Below are positions 13,901 to 24,945 of a DNA stretch of 60,509 bases, in pieces. Both the position numbers and the translations under genes were made by a program. Under the pieces are notes generated by a model. It saw only the letters and a program-made list of their open reading frames with translations, searched no databases and had not been told where the DNA came from. The DNA comes from Enoplolaimus lenunculus. Taxonomy: Eukaryota. Numbering within the stretch: position 1 is the stretch's first letter; each line of letters starts with the position of its first letter. The stretch is from NCBI GenBank assembly GCA_030248215.1, contig JASANG010001402.1, positions 558,001 to 618,509 of the forward strand, given 5' to 3'.

Positions 13901-15531
13901 TGATGGTGTTGCCCATTAGAAACACCAGGCTGATACTGCGATGACAGATACGACTGCAGCTGTTGCTGGTGTTGTTGCTCATTCCCTACAGATCCCGACC
14001 CTCGAACTTGTGGCGTTTGTCCTCCAGTAAGCCTGTCATCCGACACGCTTCCTGTACTGCGTCTCAAATCACCTGTCCCTGCACCGCCGCCGCCGCCATC
14101 ACTAGTCGATACGTCATACCGGTGCTGGGCAGACGACGCCCGAGGATAGGAACCGCTAGCAAAAACACCAGAGTCGCCGTTATCCCTGTTACTGCTGACG
14201 TTGCCAGTGGACTGGTGATGTTTTGCCGACTCACAGCTATTGCTCCCACCACCTCCCACACCTCTTGAATCAGCAGCTGCGCTACCAATAGTGGCCGCGA
14301 TACTAGCTGCAATACTGTCCCCACTACCACGTGTCGATGCCGCTACAGTCGTTGAGGACAGCGGCAACGCAACGGTCGATGTTACTCCGGATGACGCCAC
14401 TGATTGTAATATCCCAGCGGATGTGACGTGCGGCTGTGGGGGCGGGGGTGGTAGCATTGTTAGATGTTGGTGTTGCTGATGGTGATGAATCAGATCGCCT
14501 GGCAACGTCGCACAACTAACACCGCTGCCACCGCTGCTTGCAAGCACATCCGCTGGTGGTGTATCGTCATCATTTATAGGTGGCGAAGGTACCTTATTAT
14601 TATGATTATTATTATTATGGAGCGATAAGGCTGTTGTGCCAAGTTGCGGATGTTGTTGTTGTGGTTGGTGCATTACATTTCCAGGCACTAGCTGATTCAA
14701 CTGCAATGATGTTACCCCTGCTGGTTGTTGTTGTTGTAGTTGTTGCTGCTGCTGAAGTTGTTCGAGCTGCTGTTGGAAATGGGCATTATGATGGCTATTG
14801 TTATGATGTGGTGCATAATGATGCCCAGTAGCGTTGCTGCTGTTATTGTTATTACCTCCAACCGCGGACAGCACCGAAAAAGGCGACGGTGGCGCTGGTA
14901 TCATACCGGGATGAAAAGTTGCACCAGGGCCCAGAGGCGGATGTCCAGATGCCGCCGTAGCAAACGGCGTGCCAGTGCCACCAGCCGTGCCATCGGTCAT
15001 CATTGTTGCTGCTGCCGAATTGAGCAGTCCCATGACGCTGTGTGGTGGGGCACTTGCAATACCACTTGCAGCACCAAGGCTACCACCGCCAATTAAAGAC
15101 ACAGCATTCGTTGTTTGAAGATGACCACCTGGTCCTCCAATCACACCGTTAGTTGTTGTTCCGCCATTGCCTGTGCTGCCACTTCCACCATCTGTAGCAT
15201 CGTGTTGTTGTTGTTGTTGTTGCTCTTGTTGTTGTTGTTGTTGGCTACTCGTTCTATTACCGAGATCGACCGATGAAGTCATCGTTGTTGTTGTTGTTGT
15301 TGTTGTTGCTACAGATGTTGTGGTTGTTGCTTCTCCGCTACAACTTGTTGTCAATGCTGCTTGTTGTTGCTGTTGTTGCGACGCCTGCGTCATACCACCA
15401 GACGATTGATTATGATGGTGAGATTCGTTTGAACGTCGATTTTTGGTCGATGGATGAAACAGCGGTTCTTTGCCTTCCTTTTGATCGAGAACGCGTTGCT
15501 TTTTACGACGGCCTTCGAACCATCGTTGGAC
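10906..15531 (-). CDS. Terminal 4.6-kb exon of the homeobox gene (helix 3, polyQ/N/T tracts, AT-hook)
   Basis: The 1495-aa ORF extends 46 codons upstream to acceptor aaag|GTCCAACGATGGTTC at 15531. Confidence 0.85.
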   Translation of the reverse strand, partial: VQRWFEGRRKKQRVLDQKEGKEPLFHPSTKNRRSNESHHHNQSSGGMTQASQQQQQQAALTTSCSGEATTTTSVATTTTTTTTMTSSVDLGNRTSSQQQQQQEQQQQQQHDATDGGSGSTGNGGTTTNGVIGGPGGHLQTTNAVSLIGGGSLGAASGIASAPPHSVMGLLNSAAATMMTDGTAGGTGTPFATAASGHPPLGPGATFHPGMIPAPPSPFSVLSAVGGNNNNSSNATGHHYAPHHNNSHHNAHFQQQLEQLQQQQQLQQQQPAGVTSLQLNQLVPGNVMHQPQQQHPQLGTTALSLHNNNNHNNKVPSPPINDDDTPPADVLASSGGSGVSCATLPGDLIHHHQQHQHLTMLPPPPPQPHVTSAGILQSVASSGVTSTVALPLSSTTVAASTRGSGDSIAASIAATIGSAAADSRGVGGGGSNSCESAKHHQSTGNVSSNRDNGDSGVFASGSYPRASSAQHRYDVSTSDGGGGGAGTGDLRRSTGSVSDDRLTGGQTPQVRGSGSVGNEQQHQQQLQSYLSSQYQPGVSNGQHHQQHSNSYNFQQLPGHAIHVNHHHQQQQQHHQQQQQQQQQQQHQQQQQLLQLQNATQAFDCSNGVTDHATSVTTSVGQQYSSNTDGIINAGQHELQHLPPYYQAQHLPGLPHVVQQNPQQQLMGTNGSNGSGLSNSTETVGDNFEHLRQQQQQQQQRNQQQVMQLDCLPQHMQHHTSSYSSGQIDQVSLNNENSTQYSTTINNRSPPPLPTHVEQNLDNRQSMYNNNNNNSNNNNNMDTGRGSDRHDQHHHQQQQQSVHSVLNLDMQQQQSESCGDLKNHNDNGNTQETRYVVDGGNRGNDSNNNISTASIISSVVDGELSHRLEQQQQQQQQMQQNLLMVASPPIQLHNSHHKGQQQLQTASGLNGPPLLLSESQPHGPETDTADADPNAMLSKSGKRKYTRRKKLLAADGTELAPGSGRSKQPALLPDGTPAPPRKRGRPPGSRLNQSGTDGTLASPKARKGKKKKSLATAGAQQTNGIIVSDGQNNANAIGVIQQSKQQQNEQEEETSNLTMLTTASSFIASDERIKMFNQITVANSEHLQQSSVAAALVSTKLPDVSSGDATMSSVFSHQTANNNNNNNNCLDTDDNKFAKVRLLNTSSTGNVLGNISDDRGSGYLNWREGASDNTCGTMNKSGEISERGERTSHDLAVTRSNNHNALNIGAIGEYRMTEINKSKGLSDSSALPTTFLHNHSDTSSTSSDHLAVQLSVDSKPTPSQEDSQRKNGVDHSEIAGSGRDLLPCVLGATNTQDTTPVATMSSMTTSVIFDEKNSGYQAAGMTVEATDNACKMDSRERSHSKNDRKILRQGSPETLTPALSVGEGRSSATTKQDRDSKYNCNSIDAKVDQLPDGLPTANPSARSKNNSNEHESVKLNGNNDEDVADDENNQIQGRPAVTACSPQTVSGKFSPPQPTQQRSGTATKRRRLAAVSAAAPVPTIPTKKLKTSSTRPESPPERDECDDGSTTTTSTKTSSAGTKSASTAQRDTAAAAIPVYTEL

Positions 15532-18132
15532 CTTTTAATACACATATACCAGGGTTCCAACAGTAAGTAAATTTTACCAGAAGGAACAAAAACAGGTTTT
15601 AATTTCTTTGCAAGAACCGGAACAAGAATTTGAAATAATTTTCATCACCGAATTACTGTTTAACTTTTCGGAAAACTTGGCAAAAAAATTTCAGTTATTT
15701 CATAATCAAGTTTTGCGAAAGCACATCAGATATAGTTTATTAACAAAATTGGATTAATTGCAAAAACACTCATTACGAAATAACAATTTTTCAAAGACAA
15801 CGTTTCCTATTTAAATGATTATGAATAATTTGCTTCAAAAACCGTAAAATTCCGGTTCTTGCACCTATGAATATACGAACAGGAACAGGATTAGAACATT
15901 TGCAAGAATTCCGGCCGGAACACGAATTCCTGTTGAACCCTGATGTACATCTATGTCATAACACAATAACCGCCAGGGAAATATTCTATTATCAATAAGC
16001 TCAACCTAGGGTGGCAAACGCAACTGAATTACATGTGAAACGGGATGCAACTGCGGAATTAGCATCAATCGGGGCTACAAATTTTCACATTCCATACTAT
16101 TTTGCAATTATATGTTTGTTTCTGAGTGTTCTGTGCTACTTATACGCCTAAGTTTGAATTGCGCTATAATCGCCGCGCGCCACGGTGTAAACATTTGGTC
16201 GCACGCCGCCGCAGTAAAGTATAGCGCTAGTCGCAACTCTTTGTGTTCATGTGTTATCCACAATTGACCAGAATTATTAATTAAACAGCAAAAAAACTAA
16301 AACTCATTTAATACAGCTATATATAGTAACCCTTGTTATCGTTTACTATAACAATTATGTGTGCTCTCCGTCCATAATTTTATTTACTCTAAACACTTAC
16401 TTGATCATACGTCAACCCGACATATTCAGACAGTTGTGTTTTTTCGACCGACGACGGATACGGAATACGACGGTAGAGTTCTTCCATTTTTGACTTTTGT
16501 GATTCTGAAAATTTGTTCATACTTTTGCTTGGTTTCCCACTCGAGTCCGTTGTTGCGTTCGCATTTCCGTTGCCGCCGCTATTGTTTGTCGCGCCGCCAG
16601 ACTTGCGGCTTTTACTTCGATTGCCGCCGCCACTCGCCTTCGCACTCCCCGTTCCTGAGCGTTGTGCTGATCCGGCGTTGTTCGCGGCGCTTCCGGCACC
16701 AGCGGTGCCAGTCGTATCTACGCCGCCACTGGTACTAGAAGCGACAGCTGAGCTGCCGCCGCCGCCTCCATGTGGGGCGATTCCGACGTGACTGGTATTG
16801 CTACCGGTAACGCCAATTTGTTCGCTGGCGATACCCGGTGGCAATGCTGACTGAGGTGGCTGTAGTGGCGGTTGCAGATGACCGTGGTGGGGCACCGCCT
16901 GTGGCGGAGGCAAATGTGGCAATCCAGCAGCAGCAACGCCCACACCATGCGGCAACATTAAATGTTGAGCGTGATGATGATGTTGCTGTTGATGAGGATC
17001 GATACCGCCTGGCGCTATACTGGACGTCGGGGGCATGCCGCTGCCACCGCCGCCATATGCAGCAGCGGCGGCAACAAACTGATGTTGTTGATAGGGATTA
17101 GCCGTTGCTTGGGGATGATGCAACGCTGACTGCTGTCCGGGATGAGGTTGGTACGGATGCGCTGCCGCAAAATGCTGATGGTTTGATTGGTGTGCAGGCG
17201 GTGGACCGGACATTCCGCCGCCGCCGCCCGAACCGACCGTTTGAAGTAACGACGGCGGTATTCCAGGTATCGGCGGGGGCGCCCCAACAGCGCCGAACGG
17301 TGTTGGTCCACCAGACGAATGGACGCCACTAGGGCCGCCACCGCCAACAGGACCGGTGGCAGCCGCAGCGGCGCCAAGCATCATTAGGTGTTGTTGATGA
17401 TCGGACGGCGCCGATAAATAATGAGGAAACGCAGAATCTAAAACTACATAAATGCTCACGTACGTCATGTAACTCACATTATCACAAAATACCGAATTGG
17501 ACAGCAAATTTTGAACATAATCATTTTTAATAACATATACTTGCAAACTTCTTCAACTGTATCCCTCCGCCTTCCAGAAATTTTTAGAAGTGTGCTGAAA
17601 TCCATGCATGTCTGAAATTTTTTTTAGCTCCTTGACACGCTGAAATAACTACTATACATAGCATGTGCCCGACAGCACCAAAATCCAAATCGTGACAAAA
17701 AAATTTCACAGATGCCACCACGCACTATACAAGTAAAGAGGGCAAAGCATCCCCTAATCCATTACTCTCACGTCGCTTACCATTTGGCTGGAGCCCACCA
17801 AACATTCCGTAGGTCGAAGTCGGCTGTTGCTGCTGTTGTTGCTGGATCCCTTGCAATGTTGCGCCAAGTTGCGTCGCCGCGGCGTGCAACTCCAGTCCGT
17901 TTGCGGTATGATGTTGCGGGGGTCCGTTAACCGAGGCAACTGGTGTAGCGCCTTGTAGCAGTCCTGGAGCGCCGGCCGCTGCAGCTGCGCCACCGTAACT
18001 GTGGTGATACGCTGCAGCAGCACCCATCAAGTGATGATGATGGTGTGCAGATACTGGCTGCTGTGGAACAGGACCAGCGATACCAGGCTGCGTCACCCCG
18101 GTGGTCATTCCTGCAGCTGCAGACCAGTCCAT
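10906..18132 (-). CDS. Q/N/H-rich nuclear protein with a divergent homeodomain and an AT-hook (multi-exon; 5' end uncertain)
   Basis: In-frame GT-AG exons: 18132 (first ATG; frame open to about 18573, possible acceptor near 18557)-17781, 17437-16401, 15531-10906. Splicing joins KFSESQKSKMEELYRRIPYPSSVEKTQLSEYVGLTYDQ|VQRWFEGRRKKQR, a homeodomain with F8, Q12, Y25-P26, L34, L40, W48-F49, R52-R53. AT-hook PRKRGRPPGS at 12571-12600. Confidence 0.8.
15550..15942. mobile_element. hAT-like MITE (CAGGGTTC..GAACCCTG) in the homeobox intron
   Basis: TIRs present; homologous copies at 23321-~23650 and 58556-58930. Confidence 0.7.
16401..17437 (-). CDS. Middle exon of the homeobox gene (P/H/G-rich region, homeodomain residues 1-44)
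   Basis: Acceptor ttttag|AT at 17437; donor CAA|gtaagt at 16401; lies within the 385-aa ORF. Confidence 0.85.
17781..18132 (-). CDS. Upstream coding exon of the homeobox gene (A/H/Q-rich)
   Basis: Donor AATG|gtaagc at 17781 is phase-compatible with the next exon; the start codon choice is uncertain. Confidence 0.65.
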
Positions 18133-18607
18133 TCTGACGTTATCTGTTGAGCTCGTAGATAGTGACAACAAATTCTGGTGTTGTTGTTGCTTTAGTTGTT
18201 CCTGTGGTTGATGTTGTTGCTTCGCGACTGACAACACAAACCAATCGTCGTTAGTGAACGCTGTTAATCTGTTGGTCGCCGAGTCAAAATTACCAAATGA
18301 ATGTTGTTGTTGTTGTTGTTGCAGACTTGTATTAGTTGTTGGTTGGGGTCCAGGAGCGATCAATTGTGTTGTTGGCACCACTCCAGGCAAACTGCAAGTA
18401 CTAGCGCTTCCCGGCGATCCAAACGGCAACTGAAGAGGTGACAGAAGAACGACGCTGTTGTTGTTGTTACTAGCGTTAGCTGTAGCACTACAGCCGGTGT
18501 CGTTTATAGTCTCCGTTGATCTTTTCGTTTTGACGTTCGCCGCACCGGCAATAACTACTAAAACACGTATCTCACTTCAAATCAGAAAACTAATTATTAC
18601 CCACAAG

Positions 18608-19103
18608 CTATTATTACTGTATTTTATGCTGTTTATATTATTATTATTATTGTTGTTGTTGTTGTTGTTGTTGTTGCTGCTGCTGTTATTGGTGTTGCTA
18701 TTATTGTTATTGTTGTTGTTGTTGCTGCTGCTGCTGTTGCAGTCTTTCTTGCGTTCGACACTCAGCAACCTCACCAATACAATTCAAAACACGTCGTACT
18801 GTGTGCTATCAGCAATCGCCTGTGACACTAGCAAATCTGTCACAACAACCCAACACGGAAGTAAACGCCACACGTCTTTGGATTCCTCCGACCACAGTAG
18901 CAATGTAGTAGTACCGCAACGTTTAGTAATATTACACCGAATATCAATCGAACACTGCTCGATTGGTTGCAAACTTGAAACATTGAAATTTACATCATTC
19001 AGTTTGCCATCCAATCGAAAAATTTCGCAATGGATACCTCTTGCGCCGCTGATTGCATATATACGTACGTATGTGAACAAAATATATATAATGCACGTGT
19101 TTA

Positions 19104-19148
<45 letters not shown>
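18608..19148. repeat. Trinucleotide microsatellites (TTG/CTG/TTA)n upstream of the homeobox coding region
   Basis: Mixed TTA/TTG/CTG tract at about 18608-18740; (TTA)n at about 19101-19148. Confidence 0.85.
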
Positions 19149-19149
<1 letters not shown>

Positions 19150-19354
19150 CCGAAGCACCAACTTAGTAGTTTTAAGTATATAAAATGTTCATTCGAAATA
19201 AGGTTCTACACCAGCCGATCGGCATACTGAGATTTCGTACAAGTCTAATTGACAGAGATTGATTATGCTTTGTATAATAACGCATAAAGATTATATATAT
19301 ATATTTATATTGCGGACGTATAAAAAACTCTAAAAATAACAATGTTAATATGTA

Positions 19355-19532
19355 TGTAGTCGGTCAATCAGCTATTCAGGACAATTACGTACCAATTGTA
19401 AGATATAGCAAAACAACAGTGATGTAAAACCAACGCTGATTGGTTTAACGGTACTGCGCTTGTTCAAATAATCAAATCTGATTGATCTGAATCTTTAATA
19501 GCAGTTCCTGGATAGCAGATTGGCCTACGACA
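19355..19532. mobile_element. TA-flanked MITE, same family, internally deleted
   Basis: Ends GATAGCAGATTGGCCTACGACA; shares internal AAAACAACAGTGATGTAAAAC. Confidence 0.65.
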
Positions 19533-20720
19533 TGGATACGTATAAACGATATATATTTGAAACAGTTGAGAATTACAACACTACAGGTAAACTGCATTTT
19601 GCTCAGAACCAGAAGTACCAAGTTGTACATTCGCATCCAAAGTAATATACCCATAACGGAACCGATAATTTCAAACGGTTTAGTTACCTACCGCCAGCCC
19701 GCGTAGTAAAACTCGTCCGATTATTACAATTTTTGCATATTTGAGCTGCATATAAACATTTTCTTGATTGGTTAGAACAACAAAGTACAATTAAATTTCG
19801 TACAGCTGCACGTTTGCTAAAGCTCGTTATTATCGGGGTTCAGCTAGGTGCAACCGGAATTCCGGTACCGGCAATTTTTTCACCTTGCGGTTCCGATAAA
19901 TGTGGAAAATTAAGCATTTTACTAAAATGATGATAATTAGTATACGTTGTATATAAACCTTGACAATCACCAAAAAATAAATCATCGAAAGTCGATTTCA
20001 CTTCCGCCAATAACGAAAATCTAAAATATAGCAGATAAAATACCTAGCTAAGATTATTTCACCAATAATACAGCAAAAAAAAGAATTAAAATGAATTTTC
20101 CGTTGACATGTATTTTTAACCTTCCGGTCCCGGTAATTATTTCAAATTCCGGATCCTGTACACGGTAATTCCAGTTGCACGCTGATGTTCACGACCAAAC
20201 ACATACACATACACAAAGACAATACCTATGTATTGCTCACAAATTGAACGCAATACGTACATAGTCCAGCTTACAAATCGCTGTTCTTAAAAAATTATTT
20301 ATGATAATGCCCCTTACAAACAACTAATATTCGAATGTTACATATTTGACGTTTGCATGTTTTGTACCATGACTTCATGTCATACACGTTTTTTTAATCA
20401 ATTGATCATGTCACAACTACAAACAGTTCAAACAGTACCCTAACACCTATACGTATATACATAATTAAATATCAAAACAGACATTCGAGGTACAACTAAG
20501 AGACGCCACTGACGACGCAGGTGAGAGGTACGGAACATGACTACATGACTCTAGATTTGCATCCGGGTCCTGGTATTCCGGTTATTCCGGGTTGGACCTC
20601 CCATATGAAAAGACCCTCGGAAGAATCTGGGGGTGGCGCCAAGGTGGGACCGGATATCCGATTCCGGTTTAATATCTGTCAAAAACTGATATCAGCATAC
20701 GGATAGTCACAAAAATTCTC

Positions 20721-20856
20721 GTTCCGATTCTAATTCCGATTACAATTCCGCTATAAATTTGCTGTTCCGATTCTAATTCCGATTACAATTCCGCTATAAA
20801 TTTGCTGTTCCGATTCTAATTCCGATTACAATTCCGCTACAAATTTGCTGTTCCGC
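20721..20856. repeat. 43-bp tandem repeat, about 3 copies
   Basis: GTTCCGATTCTAATTCCGATTACAATTCCGCTATAAATTTGCT at 20721, 20764, 20807. Confidence 0.9.
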
Positions 20857-20943
20857 TTCCGGTATAATCCAGTTCTACTTTGCCTCTGTGACTTTTACGT
20901 CGCGACATTTCCGTAAAGTAAACCTTGTAGTGCACAACATACT

Positions 20944-21863
20944 ACCAGTCGTAGTGGGACTACATTTATTGAGCGAAGCTCGAACACACGTAAACAATTA
21001 AGGCTAACTATTCATTTATCCGTTTTGGTGGTTTGTAAGCAATTTCCTCAGATTCCTCGCACCCAAAAACCCTTCAGCCACCTTAATAATAACCTATTGG
21101 AATAATTTACAAAGTCCTAATTTTGTCAATTTTGTCTCGTCAATTAAGCAAATATGCAAATTATCTATTAGCTAACTATTCGATAATCGCTTTTAAAGGT
21201 TTGTAGACGATTTATTCAGATTCCTCACACCCGAAAACCCATTATTGTTGAAATTAAATTGCTTGTAACCCTAATAATTAGTGAAACATTGTAAAAACGC
21301 CTAATTTAGGCTTATCAATTATGCTTATATGCAAATTATCTATTAGCGAACTACTCAATTATCGGTTTTAGGCGTTCGTAAACAATTTATTCAGATTCCT
21401 CCCACCAAAAAACCTTCAGCAAACCCAAATAATTATTGAAATAATTTAAAAGTTCTAATTTTGCCTTGTCAATTAAGCTAATATGCAAATTAGCTATTAG
21501 CTAACTATTCAATTATCGGTTTTGGAGGTTTGTAAACAGTCTACGCAAATTCCTCGCATCCAAAAACCTTTTAATGCGAAAATTAGATTGCTTCTAACTG
21601 TAATAATTAGTGAAATATTTTGGAAAGTCCTAATTTAGGCTTAATTAATTATGTAAATTAGCCTGTAGCTAATAAACAGCTTAAAATTTTAAAACCCCAA
21701 TGCGAGGTTAACACCCCAGGATAATTGGCATTCAAACAAAAAAAGTGTATCAAAATCGGTTCAGCCGTTCCTGAGATTCTTTTCGGACGGACAGACGGAC
21801 GTCCACCTTTCGACCCCCAAGTACAAAACGTAAAACGCTTCGCGAAACTCCGAGCTCAACAAC
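20944..21863 (-). mobile_element. DINE-1/Helentron-associated (HINE)-like non-autonomous rolling-circle element
   Basis: Minus strand: 5' subterminal TTGAGC..CGAAGC, a GTCCGTCTGTCCGTCC microsatellite, internal tandem repeats, 3' GCTTCGCTCAA, then hairpin GTAGTCCCACTAC and CTGG. Partial copies near 32418-32687 (+) and 8785-8903. Confidence 0.6.
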
Positions 21864-24232
21864 AAAGCTAAAATATTGCAATTTTAAATTTAAATTTAAA
21901 AAAATGTCTTCAATTCAAATTACAAAACATTGAACGATTGCTAACTACCACAAAAACACATCCAATATTTGTGTTGCCTAAACAGATAAAAGCTTCTAAA
22001 CATCTAATCAAAACCCTTGTCCAGCGTATATTACGTATAGTTTCCGATTGGGGGGAACGTCAGCGAGCAAAACAATCCCCTTTCATGATTTCTATCCAGG
22101 TATTTTTGTGACCGCTTTAATTGGTAACACAAGAACCCGAAATATTTATACAACCTAAGTAACCAACCATCATGTCTTTCCAAAAAATCCTGGCTACGCC
22201 ACGCCCCATTCCAAATCGCCTCGAAAATTATAGTATCGGGTAGCCCACCACTACGTTTGTATAGCAAACGATAACCAGCAGCCGCAACTCTCTGCATCAA
22301 TAATACAAAAGGCCATGGCGTATGTAGGGTTCGTCAGTTTCGTAAGCCAAAACTATTCATTTAAAAAAATAAATATATACATACATAATACTAAGCCAGT
22401 CATCACAATACCAGCATATATTAACTCAATATATACATATATATGTATATATAAGTATATATATATAGTTACTTGTTTGTATTGTAAATTCCACTGGCTC
22501 CATAATTGAGCTAAACAGATTACATGGCATTGTTAAATAACTCTTTTTCGAAAACTGACGAAAAAAGTTTTGATTGTATACCATGGTTAACTAACTCTAT
22601 CACAAATGACTGGAATTTGAAGGACGCCAAGCCAAAACAATTATAATACGTACGTATGTACTATCCTCTATTCAGAAAGAAAGGCTAAATATATATCGTA
22701 GCCCAAGTCGTTATTTAGCGGAATTCCGAATTGCGCTAGCCCAATTCCAAAATGGGCTAGTCCACGGCCGTAATTCTTTCTATGCGACAAATGCACGCCT
22801 GGATCTAATAACTTATTATATATAGACATTCATTTCGAGTTAAGCAATTATATATATAATTTTTAATCTTTAAGATTTGGCACAACACCGCAAAATTCCC
22901 GCGCCTGCGTTCTGCATCGATCAGCAATGAGCGCGAATAGCAGACGGCACACAACACAACATAAATATACGCGCCATTCAACGTTACGTAACCGTTTGCG
23001 CATAAATCTATTTTTATACAAAAAGTAACTCACACAGGCCGCGACCCAAGGAGCGACCGGATCGCAATAAACCAGATACCGGAACCGGATGGCATAGTTT
23101 TTTAAATAAATCAATTTTTAGCACGTTAATGCGTCAGTAAATGTTAATTTAAGTCAACACGGACTAATTTCTAAAACTTTTTGGTTGACGGATTTGCTAC
23201 ACAGTCACTCTGGTACGTGATCATCGCTCTGTGCCATAATTTTAAGCATAACCGCTGAACTGAAACGTGTCAAAACCCTAAGTTGAGTACCTTATATAAA
23301 ACGGTTCATAATATATATATCAGGGTTCCAACAGGTACTAAATTTTGCCGGAACAGGAATAGGAACCGAAATTTGAAATAATTTTTATTACCGATTACAG
23401 ATGGTCTTTTTAGAAAACCTTCCAAAAAATACGTAAGCGAATTTTCAGCTATTATATAACAGTTTATTAACAATATTAAAGTAACTGGAAATACTGTTCG
23501 AAATAACAATTTTTTAAAAAACAAAGTTTCCAATATTTAAATGATTGATTAGGCATAGTTTGCCACAAAACCGTAAAAATTCCGGTTCCTGCATCTTTGA
23601 ATGCAGGAACAAGAACAGGAACAGGGTTTGAATTTTTGCATGAATTCCCGAATATTCCCGGATCTTAAAAATTCCGTTTATAATTTGCCGTTTTTTTAAC
23701 TTTGCGAATCAAAATCTCAAAAACCACACCAAAAACCAAATCACCATCGACGCTGAAAATCTAAAATACAACTGATATACATGTATGTCACAAATCACAA
23801 AAAAAGCAAAAAAAAAAAAAAACCCCCCCCCCAAAAACACAAACCCAAAACCCCCCCTCATAATATATGTATATGTATAAATTAAAATATGTATATATAT
23901 ACTAACATACACATAAACCAAAAATAAACATACTGGCCCAATTTCTTTAAAGATTACCCACCAACCTGACAACTTTTAGCAACCCAAATCTTAAAACCGC
24001 CAAACAGCTTAACAAGTTTGCTCTTTAGAATCAACCAAACCGAATCAACAGCCAACTACTGCCCGAAACAGTGTGTAATTGCCCCCGTGAGAATAAACAT
24101 GCCGAAACCTGTAGCGCACCTTTGCTTGAACGCATATTGTATACTTATACTCTTAAATATCAGCCAAAAGATTCCCTATTCAAACATTTATATATGCGCA
24201 TATATACATGCATGCATACATACATACATACA

Positions 24233-24266
<34 letters not shown>

Positions 24267-24488
24267 CTTACTAACGCAAATTCCAAGTACACATGTTACC
24301 ATAAAAACATATACTACCATGATTTGCTTTACCACGTAATATTTGCATTTCATGTGCCAATTTTTCACAGTCACACGTAAATCGCAAGTTTAGAGCAGAG
24401 CCAAGATATATCGCTGCGTTTAATACATGTAGACGTTTATGAACTTACAATAGATTTCCGGATCTTGTTGTTTACGTACGTATGTACA

Positions 24489-24663
24489 TGTCGTAGGCCA
24501 ATCTGCTATTCAGGCCAATTACCAATTGGCCTATGCCACTGTTGTGCGAAATCTCACAATCGCAAATTGGCCATTGGCCTGGGCCAAACTGCTATTTCCT
24601 TCAAATAGCTGACTGGCCTGGGCCAACTGGTAATTGGCGTGAATAGCAGATTGGCCTACGACA
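24489..24663. mobile_element. TA-flanked MITE, same family
   Basis: Near-perfect TIRs TGTCGTAGGCCAATCTGCTATTC / GAATAGCAGATTGGCCTACGACA. Confidence 0.8.
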
Positions 24664-24760
24664 TATATCTCACTCGAACAAAAAACAGCTGAAGAGTGTC
24701 GCTATGCTTGTCGTTCCTGCGCCATCCATCACCATACGATATCCTACGTGCATAATTCAC

Positions 24761-24945
24761 GTACGATACCGCACGGTAACATACGATACCGCACGGTGAC
24801 GTACGATACCGCACGGTGACGTACGATACCGCACGGTGACGTACGATACCGCACGGTGACGTACGATACCGCACGGTGACGTACGATACCGCACGGTGAC
24901 GTAAGATACCGCACGGTGACGTACGATACCGCACGGTGACGTACG
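24761..24945. repeat. 20-bp minisatellite, about 9 copies
   Basis: GTACGATACCGCACGGTGAC in tandem, without spacers. Confidence 0.95.

Noticed and set aside
10973..19183. Many plus-strand and alternative-frame ORFs (poly-L/V/C)
   Set aside because: Antisense or shifted readings of trinucleotide-rich coding sequence and microsatellites.
24761..24945. CRISPR-like array
   Set aside because: Head-to-tail 20-bp repeats with no unique spacers, in a eukaryotic context with no cas genes.
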